This document shows positions 29,438-39,525 of a DNA stretch of 64,000 nt, one piece after another. The stretch lies in assembly GCA_021792255.1 (NCBI GenBank), contig JAJYUZ010000002.1, positions 320,001 through 384,000 on the forward strand, given 5' to 3'. This DNA comes from Thermoplasmata archaeon. Lineage in GTDB: Archaea > Thermoplasmatota > Thermoplasmata > Thermoplasmatales > GCA-001856825. The position numbers and the translations under genes were made by a program. The notes beneath the pieces were generated by a model. That model was given only the letters and a program-made list of their open reading frames with translations. It did no database searches and had not been told where the DNA came from. The number at the start of each line of letters is the position of its first letter. Position 1 is the stretch's first letter.

Positions 29438-30105
29438 GAGATAGTCTCCTCCAACATCTTCTTGATCTCTTCGTCTCTGCTCTCTACTTTAAGCAGCAGA
29501 TCTCTCGCCTTTTCCTTTTCACCAGAATTGAGATAAATTCTGGACAGTATGATTATGGCATTCCTGTCCCTCTGATCTATCTTCAGGGATACTTCGCAGG
29601 ATTCCTTGGCGTCATTTATTCTCTGGAGCTTCATCAGACTCTCCGCTCTCTGATTCCAGTAGTATGGGTTCCTGTTTTCCATCTTGATTGCTAGGTCAAC
29701 AGAAGCTAACGCTTCGACATATCTGGACATCGAAAACAAGAGGCGCGACTTGTCATAATAATAGACGGCTTTCTTCAACAGATTGATTGCCTTGTTGATG
29801 TAAGTTAGCGCTTCATCTTTGTTGGAGTCAAAGTTCGAAAGGAACATTCGCCGGTAGGCATCGGGATTTGTAGGGTAATCTTCGAGAAGCATCTTTTGAT
29901 AAGGAACCGAGTCTTTACTTTGTTTTTCCAGGACATCTATCAGCAATATGATGGCCTCTATGTTCTTCTTAATTTCTATAGATTTTCTTGCATGTTTCTC
30001 TGCTTCCTCGAAGTATCCATCTTCAGAAAGCTCTACTGCAGCCATGTACTCGTCTGTACTCTTTGCGAGAGATGGGAGCACCCTATCTTCGCTCATGATT
30101 GACAA
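29434..30105 (-). CDS. tetratricopeptide-repeat protein
   Basis: Repeated TPR-like helix pairs (e.g. YVEALASVDLAIKMENRNPYYW). Confidence 0.75.
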   Translation of the reverse strand: MSIMSEDRVLPSLAKSTDEYMAAVELSEDGYFEEAEKHARKSIEIKKNIEAIILLIDVLEKQSKDSVPYQKMLLEDYPTNPDAYRRMFLSNFDSNKDEALTYINKAINLLKKAVYYYDKSRLLFSMSRYVEALASVDLAIKMENRNPYYWNQRAESLMKLQRINDAKESCEVSLKIDQRDRNAIIILSRIYLNSGEKEKARDLLLKVESRDEEIKKMLEETIS

Positions 30106-30178
30106 TTAAATTACGACAATTTAACATTTCTGCTAGAAACTAAATAAAAGTAATAATACCAATCACTATATTCTTCCC

Positions 30179-31150
30179 ATGAAGGTCCAGTTGATCGGTT
30201 TGGGTTCAATTGGAAAAAATTTGTTGAGACTTATAGGTCAGAAAGGAAACAGCATAAGGCAGACGATTGGAGAGAATATTGAGGTCGTTTCAGTAAGTGA
30301 CACGACAGGTACGGTCATCACGGACGGAATGCCGCTGACTAGTATCATTCAGGCAAAGGAAGGGGGAGGGCTTAAAACTCTTGATTCTTTTGAGAAAATT
30401 AGTGCAAAGAGTGCTATTGCGGACCTCGAATCCGATATCGTAGTGGAAATTACCCAGAGTACGAAGGATGGGGAACCTGGAATAGCACACATCGTGACCG
30501 CCCTAGAAAACGAGAAGAATGTTGTCACGGCCAACAAGAGTACGTTGGTTTCAGGCGTAGACCTCTTTAAAATGGTAAAGGAAATGAAAAGATCCCTAAG
30601 GTACGAAGCAACCGTTTGTGGAGGTCTTCCAGTGTTCAATCTGATGGATTACTGCATGAAACCAGCTAAGATAATTTCGGTCGATGGAATTTTCAACGCT
30701 ACGAGCACTTTTGTGATTTCTCAGATGGAGAGAGGGAAGAGTCAGTCACTGGCAAGGGCCGAGGCAATCAAACGGGGGTTATCAGAAAAAGACCAAAGAG
30801 ACGATCTTGCAGGGATCGACTCGGCAAGGAAGGGTACAATTCTTCACAGGAGGATATTCGGATCCTCCCTGGTTTTGAAAGATGCGACTATTTCTGCAAG
30901 AGAGAGTGAAATCTCCGTTGGCTTGAGACAAATCACAGAAGTGACGTCAAGTGGTGTCAAGGTCGGATATGAGAAAATAGATGGAAAGAGCATCTATTCA
31001 AATGCTGTCGGGCCATCCATGATCATAAGATTCAACACGGACATAATGGATCATCTCACGTTATATACCGACCACGATGGTCCACTGGAATCAGCAGCAA
31101 CAGTATTAAATGACATAATACTGTCGAGGTCAGAAAAGGTAGGCCAATGA
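30179..31150 (+). CDS. hom: homoserine dehydrogenase
   Basis: GLGSIG Rossmann motif, VVTANK, YEATVCGGLP, GIDSARK. Confidence 0.85.
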   Translation: MKVQLIGLGSIGKNLLRLIGQKGNSIRQTIGENIEVVSVSDTTGTVITDGMPLTSIIQAKEGGGLKTLDSFEKISAKSAIADLESDIVVEITQSTKDGEPGIAHIVTALENEKNVVTANKSTLVSGVDLFKMVKEMKRSLRYEATVCGGLPVFNLMDYCMKPAKIISVDGIFNATSTFVISQMERGKSQSLARAEAIKRGLSEKDQRDDLAGIDSARKGTILHRRIFGSSLVLKDATISARESEISVGLRQITEVTSSGVKVGYEKIDGKSIYSNAVGPSMIIRFNTDIMDHLTLYTDHDGPLESAATVLNDIILSRSEKVGQ

Positions 31151-32214
31151 ACAAGGGATATGTCGCGTTAGTAGCAGTCCTCTCAGTGCTCTGGGGGGTC
31201 ATGATGGTAATAGATTTAGTGATGTCTATCCTTCTATTTAAGCCGAATTTTTCTGATTTTCTGAACACCTTGTTCCCTCTCTTCATAATAGTACCAGTAC
31301 CGCTTCTTTTGGTTTATCTTCCAGGCACTTTTACTGCAATCTGGCTCGGAGTCGTAGTCGTTGTGGTGATCGTCTTCTTCACTTTTGCCATCTATAAATC
31401 ATCAATGAAGTTCGAGAACTCTTCTCTGTACAGACTCGGAGAATTCTTTGCACTCAATTATTTTCTCTCCATTGTCTACATCGAGCTAATCGCTTTGGCG
31501 GGCTATCCTATTGTCAGTCCTATCACTAATACTACTCCATTTTATCTGAATTTTATCACCATTACAAATGCTGGTCTGTACGAAGAGCTCATTTCTAGAG
31601 TGTTGTACATCGGTATTCCTCTTTTTGTTTACTACGCCTGGAGTGCCCACGGAAAAAAGTCCCATTCCAGGCCAAACAAACTTCCGCTGTACAGAATGAT
31701 CTGGGGGGGCGGTTACAAGTTTGGGAAACCAGAAATCACGTTACTAATAATTTCGTCAATCATTTTCGGATTTGCTCACGTCACGTCATGGGATATCTCG
31801 AAGGTGCCACAGGCAGCCCTGGGGGGGTTATTACTTGGAGTACTGTACCTGAGGTTTGGACTGTATGCAGATGTGTTATTGCACTTCTCCATCGACTCTC
31901 CATCCCTCTTATTGCCGCTTGGCACGGGAGATCCACTGGCTTCAGGATATACCAACTCCTTCATCAACGCAGCTATCATAATTGCGGTCGTAGCAGGGGC
32001 CATAGTACTAATCTCCTACATAATTCAAGCAAGAGCAATCTATAGATCAAGAAAGCTAAACCCTCAACTTATCGTCGCCCAAGTCTCAGGAGATCCAAGC
32101 ACTTCGAGGAAAGCACTGGCATGCACCAAATGTGGCTCTAGCAGGGTGACTTTCTTTTATGACGATATTTATCGATGTGACGACTGCGGAACAGTTTTCA
32201 AATGGGATCAATAA
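31147..32214 (+). CDS. CPBP (CAAX/Abi) intramembrane metalloprotease with C-terminal zinc ribbon
   Basis: YEELISR, FGFAH, LLHFSID; terminal CTKC...CDDC. Confidence 0.85.
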   Translation: MNKGYVALVAVLSVLWGVMMVIDLVMSILLFKPNFSDFLNTLFPLFIIVPVPLLLVYLPGTFTAIWLGVVVVVVIVFFTFAIYKSSMKFENSSLYRLGEFFALNYFLSIVYIELIALAGYPIVSPITNTTPFYLNFITITNAGLYEELISRVLYIGIPLFVYYAWSAHGKKSHSRPNKLPLYRMIWGGGYKFGKPEITLLIISSIIFGFAHVTSWDISKVPQAALGGLLLGVLYLRFGLYADVLLHFSIDSPSLLLPLGTGDPLASGYTNSFINAAIIIAVVAGAIVLISYIIQARAIYRSRKLNPQLIVAQVSGDPSTSRKALACTKCGSSRVTFFYDDIYRCDDCGTVFKWDQ

Positions 32215-33410
32215 TTTGCCATTTCATCTACTCTCATAATTTCCCTAAGAACTGATGTCGCGTATCCCCCTGGTAGAAGAGAAAACCTGACCGTCGAATC
32301 AGAGCATTCAAAATCCTTGAATCTCAAGAATAAATCTCTTCTTTCTCCCTTTGAACTCAACCCGAAAGGAAGCTTAAAATCAGATTGCTTAACGCCCTCC
32401 TGACTCAGGATTTGGCTCTCGATCGCCCCCATTTTTCCTCTGGCAAATTCAGTATCGAATCCCACAACAAGACCCGTTGGAGACCCATCTCCCTTTGCAA
32501 AAGAAGAGGACACTTTTTCGATGTTCAGATTATTGACCATTATGAATTCGTCATTGATACTGAAGATGTCGCCAGGAATGATCGACTTGGCCAATTCCAA
32601 CCTATTGCTGAGAATTCTGTTGAAGATGTATCCCTGATAAGCATGTATGAACATAGAAACTAGGTTCTCTGGAAGCTCCTTAATTGCGCCAACGTAATCT
32701 TCTTTCTGACTGACAAGATGTACCATAACTTTTCTCTCAAGATCTAGTGATTCTGGAAAGATTTCCAAACCTCTTACTGGATCCGGCTTATCAAAGTACT
32801 CCTTTCTGACTTCAGCGAATCTATCCTCTCCAGGATATCCCACGAACACCCTAACGGCCTCTTCATAGTTTCCTCTAACAATCTCCCTGCCGACGACGTG
32901 GGTGATGGGTCTCAGAGAACCGAACCTTTGTGGTCCATAGTAGTTCGGTACTTTTCCCTCTCTCTTGGCCTCTTTGCAGTTAGAAGTGAATGTGGATGAA
33001 TCGGTATCTGAAACCTTAATCTCGAATAGGTTCTGGGAATGGCTGCCTATAGTCAATGGAGAGTCGAGGTAGAAATGCTCTAGTATCTCAACATCATTCA
33101 ACGAGAAGTCCCTATATTTAATCCCCGGAATGCTAAAGTACTGAACTTTCACGCTTCTCCTATCCTTCGTCCCTGCGAAATAAACTCTCTTTGGTGAGAC
33201 GTGGTTGCTCCTTGCCAAGAATCTTATGAGCCTGTTGTGCTCCCAGTTCTTGGCTTTCAACTTAAGCACTAAGACCTTTCCATCATCTTTCTTGTCTAGA
33301 TTTTCGAAGCGTTCTTCCACGTAGAAATCTTCAGATTCCTTTCTGAGTTTTCCCCCCGAAGGAGGCAGATCTAAGTAATAACTGGAGACACCAATTTCCG
33401 AGAATTTCAC
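32208..33410 (-). CDS. truD: tRNA pseudouridine(13) synthase
   Basis: EDFYVEE, AGTKDRR, PNYYGPQRFG, HAYQGYIFN, GGYATSVLRE. Confidence 0.95.
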   Translation of the reverse strand: MKFSEIGVSSYYLDLPPSGGKLRKESEDFYVEERFENLDKKDDGKVLVLKLKAKNWEHNRLIRFLARSNHVSPKRVYFAGTKDRRSVKVQYFSIPGIKYRDFSLNDVEILEHFYLDSPLTIGSHSQNLFEIKVSDTDSSTFTSNCKEAKREGKVPNYYGPQRFGSLRPITHVVGREIVRGNYEEAVRVFVGYPGEDRFAEVRKEYFDKPDPVRGLEIFPESLDLERKVMVHLVSQKEDYVGAIKELPENLVSMFIHAYQGYIFNRILSNRLELAKSIIPGDIFSINDEFIMVNNLNIEKVSSSFAKGDGSPTGLVVGFDTEFARGKMGAIESQILSQEGVKQSDFKLPFGLSSKGERRDLFLRFKDFECSDSTVRFSLLPGGYATSVLREIMRVDEMANY

Positions 33411-33465
33411 GATTGTCGAAGAGCATCAACAACATTAATTAACTCTTTTCTCCTTCTCGCCCTAA

Positions 33466-34284
33466 ATGTGGGAAGGTCTCACTGGAAAGAGAAAAAAAAA
33501 TGGGCTATTCGGGATGGTAATAGGAATAGTGGTATCTTCTATTCTTCTCTATCTTTCGTTTTCCGTCTCATCATTTTTGTACCTCTTGATACCTGTTCTT
33601 CTTCTGGTCATCTTTCATTACACCAAGGCGTGGCGATTTTCTGACCGGGCAGTTTATGGATTTATCGCAATAATCCTTGCATTTTTCATAGCCATGGGAG
33701 GAATATCGATATCAATCGAAGGCGCCCCTCACCAATCGACGGCAACCCTTACTGAGTCATCTGTTTCGTCCTACATTCATTTCGGTTATTACAACAACAG
33801 TGGAAGTTACATTTTCAATTTCAGCTTACCCGCAAAGAGCATTACTAGCACTGCCCAAATAGGACTCATAGACCTGTTCACCAATGAAACGATTCTATCA
33901 ACGAACGCAACTTTCTCGAATTCTGGGAATAACTATTCGTACTCCTGGAATGCAGGACAGTTATCTTCACATGCATACGTAGTGTTATTGACCCTTCACT
34001 TCATAGAGAACAACACTACGGTAAGTCAAGAAGTCGAATTCCTCGGGCCTGTACTCATTTCGGGAATAAATGTGATGTTCTACCTTGTGGAAAGATTGAT
34101 CGCGACCTATCTCCTTATAACGTTCTTGTTCTTTTTGGCCTTCGCTTTCTTTGCTAGAGCTTTATCGATGTCCAAGCAGAGAAGGAGGACGGACGGAAAT
34201 CAGAATCCTCCCACACCTACAGAGCAGCCTGTAATGGAAAGTGATCAGCGGAAGACCGGATGGTTTGGTCGTAGAAAGAATTAG
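33466..34284 (+). CDS. hypothetical membrane protein with sequon-rich extracellular domain
   Basis: Three N-terminal and one C-terminal hydrophobic segments around a Ser/Thr/Asn-rich domain. Confidence 0.7.
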   Translation: MWEGLTGKRKKNGLFGMVIGIVVSSILLYLSFSVSSFLYLLIPVLLLVIFHYTKAWRFSDRAVYGFIAIILAFFIAMGGISISIEGAPHQSTATLTESSVSSYIHFGYYNNSGSYIFNFSLPAKSITSTAQIGLIDLFTNETILSTNATFSNSGNNYSYSWNAGQLSSHAYVVLLTLHFIENNTTVSQEVEFLGPVLISGINVMFYLVERLIATYLLITFLFFLAFAFFARALSMSKQRRRTDGNQNPPTPTEQPVMESDQRKTGWFGRRKN

Positions 34285-34736
34285 GCCTCTAGGCCTAGCT
34301 CTCTGATTTTACCTAGGACTTCTTGGGCGTGCTCCTTTGGGCTCACCTTCGGAAAGATGTATGCGATCTTTCCCTCTCTGTCAATTATGAAAGTGACTCT
34401 CTTGGCAGTCCCGAGTCCCAGCGCATTGTACTTCTTGGAAATATCCTTAGATCCATCGGGCGCCAGTGGGAAGGGTAGGTCGTACTTTTCGACAAATTTC
34501 TTGTGAGAATTTTCCGAGTCGACGCTGACTCCTATCACTTCTATCCCTCTGGACCTGAAATCATCGAAATTGTCCCTAAAATTGCACGCTTCCGTCGTAC
34601 ACCCTGGTGTAAAATCTCTTGGATAAAAGTAGACGACCACAACCTTTCCTCTGTGATCCGAGAGTCTCCGTTTTCCGCCATCTATTGTCAGCTCAAAATC
34701 TGGTGCACCGTCTCCGACTTTTAATTCGTTGTCCAC
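34281..34736 (-). CDS. bcp: peroxiredoxin Bcp/PrxQ
   Basis: YFYPRDFTPGCTTEAC. Confidence 0.93.
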   Translation of the reverse strand: MDNELKVGDGAPDFELTIDGGKRRLSDHRGKVVVVYFYPRDFTPGCTTEACNFRDNFDDFRSRGIEVIGVSVDSENSHKKFVEKYDLPFPLAPDGSKDISKKYNALGLGTAKRVTFIIDREGKIAYIFPKVSPKEHAQEVLGKIRELGLEA

Positions 34737-34837
34737 GTATTTTCAACTCAAATCTATTTAAATATTTTTTCTGACTAAGATCGCTTTATTTTCTGATCGA
34801 ATCGATCAAACTGGTTCGTGTTCGGTGCCGTAAATGA

Positions 34838-36805
34838 CTACTTAATTCCACCGTCAATAGGGATCATTGTCCCGGTCGTTGCACCAAACAAGCTTTCCTT
34901 TATCAGCGCAATCACCATGTTTGCTACTTGCTCCGGAAGGACTTCAACATGAAGTAAGTTTCCTTTTTTGTATTCATCAGGTGATATTCCCTTTGCCCTC
35001 GCTCTGTTTTCCAAAACACCACCTTCCCATATCTTTGATTCTCTGAATATTTTGTCCGGATTGATGACGTTGCTCCGAATCCCGTACCTTCCACCTTCGA
35101 TTGCCACGTACCTTGAGAGCTGAGCTGCAAATGCTTTAGAAGTTCCATATGCCGTCATACCCTCGCCCGGGTTGGTAACATTCTTCGTGACATTGAATAT
35201 AAATGACCCACCCGAGCCTTGAGATTTCATTATTTTAAATGCTTCCCTCGTGACCAAGAAAGTGCCAACGGAATTTATTTCGACATGTTTTCTCAGATCT
35301 TCCAGAGAAGTGTCCTCGAGCGGTGATGGTTTGAGGTATCCAGCATTGTTGAAAACAACATCAATTCCCCCAAAATTCTTTATGATATCCCTAAAAGCCC
35401 CCTTGACTGAAGTCTCATTCGAAATGTCAAATTTTATTCCATAAGCATCTTCTCCTATTTCCTTCGAGACTTCTGATATTCTTTGGTCTACGTCTCCTCC
35501 TGCTGTGAGTATTCCTTCCTTCACGAACCTCTGAAAGGTGACCTTACCTATCCCGCTCGCCGCTCCCGTCACCAAACCGATGTATCCTTCAAGTTCCTTC
35601 CTCTTCTTCTTCGCTAGTTTAGCTTCCTGGAAGGGCCAATACTCCATGTCGAAGCACTGCTGATCTGTGATAAATTTGTTCTTTGCGATTGCACCTGCAG
35701 CACTGGCTACTCTGAATGAATGCATTGCCTCATCTCTCAATATGTCAGCCTCTTTCTTCGTACTAGCGGCAGTTACCACCCCATATCCTCTGAAAACCAG
35801 CACGGATGGATAGGGGTCGTGCATCTCTCGCCCCGAGGGGACATATCTCTTGTAGTCTCCTTCGTAGGACCTTACAAAATCATCGATGTCAGATTCTATT
35901 TTCGCAATGTCATCCGAGAAAAGAAACCTCTTTTTCATTCTTACCAGCATATCTGGCGTTGCTGGACCAAGGTCCTGGAATTTCTCTGCCTCCGGACTGA
36001 AGGAGAATCCTACTGCCTCTGAAGAATAATCCCAGGTGAGAATCTTTTTCTTCTCAGTGCTCAGAAGACCCCTCAATATTGGAAGAAAGCCTAGGAAAGA
36101 ATCTTCTTTTTCCTTTTCGAACTCCTTTGAGGCGATTCCCTTCCACTTGCTCTCAATGTGTCTCTTCGCTTCTTCCACGAGCTTGAGATGCATCTCATAA
36201 CTCTCTCTTGCAGTTTTTCCCCAAGTCACAAGCCCATGATTTCTCAAGATGACCCCTGCGAAATTTGAGAGGTCCCTTTCACTTATGATATTGAGGAAAA
36301 ATCTTGCAAGTTGAAATCCAGGAGGGGCATAGGGTATCACCAGTACTTTTTCTTTAAAAATATCGGTTATTTCATTATCTCCAAGATCCGTGTTGGTAAG
36401 AGCAACAATGAAGTCGGAATGTGAATGATCGACAAATTTTGAACTAATAAAGGCGTGGATGAATATTTCGACCGACGGGAATGCTTGGTCCGTATCTAGC
36501 ATGCACGTCTTTATGAAGGAGGACATTTCCTGGTCATTCATGCTTTCCAAAAGTTTCGCTTCCATCAGGCCATCCATCCGAAGACCCGTAAAATCTTCTG
36601 CATTTATTGTGGCCAAATCGGATCCAGAACTTTTCACAAATATGGCTGAAATGTCTTTCCCAGTCACGCTGCGAACTTTGAGTTTGACACTGGTGTTTCC
36701 ACCCCCGTGAAGAACAAGGTTATGGTCAGACCCTAGAGATCTGGAAGTAACGACTCTCTCGTCCAATAGCTTTCTTTCCTGATCCGGGATGGCAAACATC
36801 ATCAT
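34838..36805 (-). CDS. bifunctional class II aldolase / short-chain dehydrogenase
   Basis: GGGNTSVK, PSVE, DHSH and NHG metal ligands; SDR domain TGAASGIG, NNAG, YGTSK; start probably within the MMM run near 36805. Confidence 0.88.
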   Translation of the reverse strand: MMMFAIPDQERKLLDERVVTSRSLGSDHNLVLHGGGNTSVKLKVRSVTGKDISAIFVKSSGSDLATINAEDFTGLRMDGLMEAKLLESMNDQEMSSFIKTCMLDTDQAFPSVEIFIHAFISSKFVDHSHSDFIVALTNTDLGDNEITDIFKEKVLVIPYAPPGFQLARFFLNIISERDLSNFAGVILRNHGLVTWGKTARESYEMHLKLVEEAKRHIESKWKGIASKEFEKEKEDSFLGFLPILRGLLSTEKKKILTWDYSSEAVGFSFSPEAEKFQDLGPATPDMLVRMKKRFLFSDDIAKIESDIDDFVRSYEGDYKRYVPSGREMHDPYPSVLVFRGYGVVTAASTKKEADILRDEAMHSFRVASAAGAIAKNKFITDQQCFDMEYWPFQEAKLAKKKRKELEGYIGLVTGAASGIGKVTFQRFVKEGILTAGGDVDQRISEVSKEIGEDAYGIKFDISNETSVKGAFRDIIKNFGGIDVVFNNAGYLKPSPLEDTSLEDLRKHVEINSVGTFLVTREAFKIMKSQGSGGSFIFNVTKNVTNPGEGMTAYGTSKAFAAQLSRYVAIEGGRYGIRSNVINPDKIFRESKIWEGGVLENRARAKGISPDEYKKGNLLHVEVLPEQVANMVIALIKESLFGATTGTMIPIDGGIK

Positions 36806-36914
36806 TTGCGAATACCAACCGGATAAAATATGTTTATCCACTTTTAAGATTATTTTGCCATTTGAATTTGCCCGTTCATAAAAAAGAATAAATTGGGATT
36901 GAAATTATAGTGGC

Positions 36915-38480
36915 ATGGATTCGTTTTCCAACAGAGACAAGGACGTATTCTTAATCACGTGTGAAAAAATGATAGACAGGGGGGCCCTGATGTCGAGATA
37001 TAGCAGGACCAAAGAACTTGATATCAGAACGTTGTGGGACAAGGAGTTCGCGGGAGTAGAGGACCGGGCTGAGAAATTTTACGAAAGAGTTTTTTTAGAG
37101 TACGGGGACGAATCCGTTGCTGAGCTAGCGACGGCTCAGATGGGTATCCAAAACGTCAGCAACGTCACTTCAAAGATCATAGAGGAGAGCAGAATAGGTC
37201 TCTCTTATCTTGAAAAGAGTTCGAGATACGTCTCATACAAAGAAAAAAGGAATGGAAGGTTTCTCTACTTGGATCCAGAAAGGGCAGGCATTCCCAAGAA
37301 ATATTACGAAAGATATGAAGAATTCAACACTTCGCTCTTTGAACTCTACGAAAGGATATTTACGGGAGTCACAAGTTACATCAAGGAGAATAATTCATTT
37401 GAAAGAACCAGGTTTTACCTTCCAAATGGAAAGGAAGTTAGATTGGGGGAGGAAGGGGCTTCGGAGGAAGTTTTAAAGAAGGCATACGATAACTCCGTAA
37501 GAAGTAGAGCTTTGGACGAAACTAGGTTTATACTTCCGGCTTCCACTCTTACTAACATAGGAATCAGCGGAAATGCAAGGGCTTTTTCACATTTGCTGGA
37601 GAGACTAAAGGTGAGCGGACTTACGGAAGCCGATAGGCTGTACGAAGAATTGTTGACCGAGCTGAAACTAGTGTTTCCTAAGCTCATCGAAAATGTCCAA
37701 AATCCACACGGAATTGAGAACGTGGAGTACCTTAAAGCGATGAAAAATTTCGTTCCCGACAAAATCTCTCCCCTAGGGGAATCAAAGAGTACCACCGTAA
37801 ATCTGGTCTCCTGGGAAAACGATGACACTGCCCTTAACAAGATACTGTCCTCCTACTTCTTCGAAAGAACCGAAGAAGATTATGAATCTCTCTTCAGACG
37901 CTTTTCGTCTCTTGGCATCCAACAAAAGACGGAGATCTTAAACAAAATAGCAGATTCGAGAAAAAACAGACGGAACAAGCTTGACAGGAGTTTCGAACAC
38001 GTTCACTACTCATTCGAAATAAATACCAACTTTGGGGCTTTCAGGGACCTGCAGAGACATAGATCCTTGACGATTCAAAGAAAGCCATTGAGCTCCGAAC
38101 ATGGATTTGACGTTCCTCCTATAATTTCAAAAATCGACGACCTTTTGAAGCAATACCTAAGAGCGATCGAAGAATCGAAAAGACTCTACAATGAAATAAA
38201 ATCTGAAAATCTGAAGGCAGCCCAGTACGTAGTAATATTTGCCCACAAACACCCAACCCTAGTCACAGTCGATCTGAGAGAACTGGTGTACCTAACCGAG
38301 CTCAGATCCACTCCTCAAGCTCACTTTGACTTGAGAAACATCAGCAGAGAGATGGTCAGGCAAGCAAAAGAAGTCAATCCTTCTTTAGATAGATTGTTCA
38401 CATTCCTTAATGTGAAAGAAGAGGAACTCGGGAGGCTGAGTGCTGAACTCAGGAAAGAAATAAAACTCAAGAGTGCTTGA
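36915..38480 (+). CDS. thyX: FAD-dependent thymidylate synthase, double-length form
   Basis: N-half YGDESVAE...EKSSRY...RFILP; C-half RSFEH...DLQRHR...ELR. Confidence 0.85.
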   Translation: MDSFSNRDKDVFLITCEKMIDRGALMSRYSRTKELDIRTLWDKEFAGVEDRAEKFYERVFLEYGDESVAELATAQMGIQNVSNVTSKIIEESRIGLSYLEKSSRYVSYKEKRNGRFLYLDPERAGIPKKYYERYEEFNTSLFELYERIFTGVTSYIKENNSFERTRFYLPNGKEVRLGEEGASEEVLKKAYDNSVRSRALDETRFILPASTLTNIGISGNARAFSHLLERLKVSGLTEADRLYEELLTELKLVFPKLIENVQNPHGIENVEYLKAMKNFVPDKISPLGESKSTTVNLVSWENDDTALNKILSSYFFERTEEDYESLFRRFSSLGIQQKTEILNKIADSRKNRRNKLDRSFEHVHYSFEINTNFGAFRDLQRHRSLTIQRKPLSSEHGFDVPPIISKIDDLLKQYLRAIEESKRLYNEIKSENLKAAQYVVIFAHKHPTLVTVDLRELVYLTELRSTPQAHFDLRNISREMVRQAKEVNPSLDRLFTFLNVKEEELGRLSAELRKEIKLKSA

Positions 38481-38557
38481 TTCTTTCTAGGTTTGGAAAG
38501 GAACAGCAGTACTTTAAGAATACTGTTTTACGTCCTGAGATTCATGGGGCCTAGGGC

Positions 38558-39349
38558 TTATTTCCTCTTGTTCTCCTCAAATATTCCCATAGCCTCTTTG
38601 ACCGTTGCCTTTTCGTGAACTATAGCTCTAATCGATTTGATCATCCCGACTGGGTTATCGTTTTGCCAGATGTTTCTCCCCATATCGACTCCGACCGCAC
38701 CCTCTTGAAGAGCATTGTAGACCAGGTTAAAAACGTCCAATTCTGTGTTGAGTTTTGGTCCGCCGGCAACAACGAGAGGAACAGGAGACCCATCTGCCAC
38801 TTTCCTGAAATTATCGCAGTAGTAGGTTTTGACTATGTGTGCTCCTATTTCAGCTGCGAGCCTGCAGGAAAGGGCAAGATATTTTGCATCTCTCTTTTCG
38901 AGTTCCTTTCCTACCGCAGTGATTGCCATTACGGGCATTCCAATCTCTTCACCATCATTTACCAGCTTTGACAGGTTTATCAAAGATTGCTTCTCGTGAT
39001 TTGTTCCTACGAATATGGAAAGAGCAACCGCGGAGACATTCAGCCTCACTGCGTCTTGCATTGAAGTAGTAATTTCCTCATCGCTCAAGTCTTCCTTTAA
39101 AACGCTCGCCCCCCCAGACACTCTTAAGAGAATCGGGGTATCCCATTTCGGGTCTATTGACGTCCGAAGTACTCCTCTAGTAACTGCAATCGTATCAGCG
39201 TAGGGTAGCAGAGGTTCGAGAGTCTTTCTTGGATTCTCGAGTTTGTGGGTTGGTCCCATAAAATATCCATGGTCTGCAGCCAGCATCACCGATCTTCCGG
39301 TAGCCGGTTTGATCATTCTTGAAAGTCTGTTCTTCATTCCCCAGTCCAT
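38558..39349 (-). CDS. lsrF: LsrF-like thiolase (DhnA-type class I aldolase fold)
   Basis: MDWGMKNRL, MLAADHGYFMGPT, VKTYY Schiff-base Lys, AGGPK, GVDMGRNIWQ. Confidence 0.85.
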   Translation of the reverse strand: MDWGMKNRLSRMIKPATGRSVMLAADHGYFMGPTHKLENPRKTLEPLLPYADTIAVTRGVLRTSIDPKWDTPILLRVSGGASVLKEDLSDEEITTSMQDAVRLNVSAVALSIFVGTNHEKQSLINLSKLVNDGEEIGMPVMAITAVGKELEKRDAKYLALSCRLAAEIGAHIVKTYYCDNFRKVADGSPVPLVVAGGPKLNTELDVFNLVYNALQEGAVGVDMGRNIWQNDNPVGMIKSIRAIVHEKATVKEAMGIFEENKRK

Positions 39350-39525
39350 ATATTTCGCCTTCTACAGCACTCACGGATGTTATCTTAGTCTAATAATATT
39401 TCTATGGTCAGCCACTCGCAATTTAGGCATCATTTACGAGGCATTTCCAGATACATCGCATCAAGAGAGTCGATGATGAAAACCCAGACTATGGTCATTC
39501 TTTTATAAGGAAACAAGTTGGAGAA

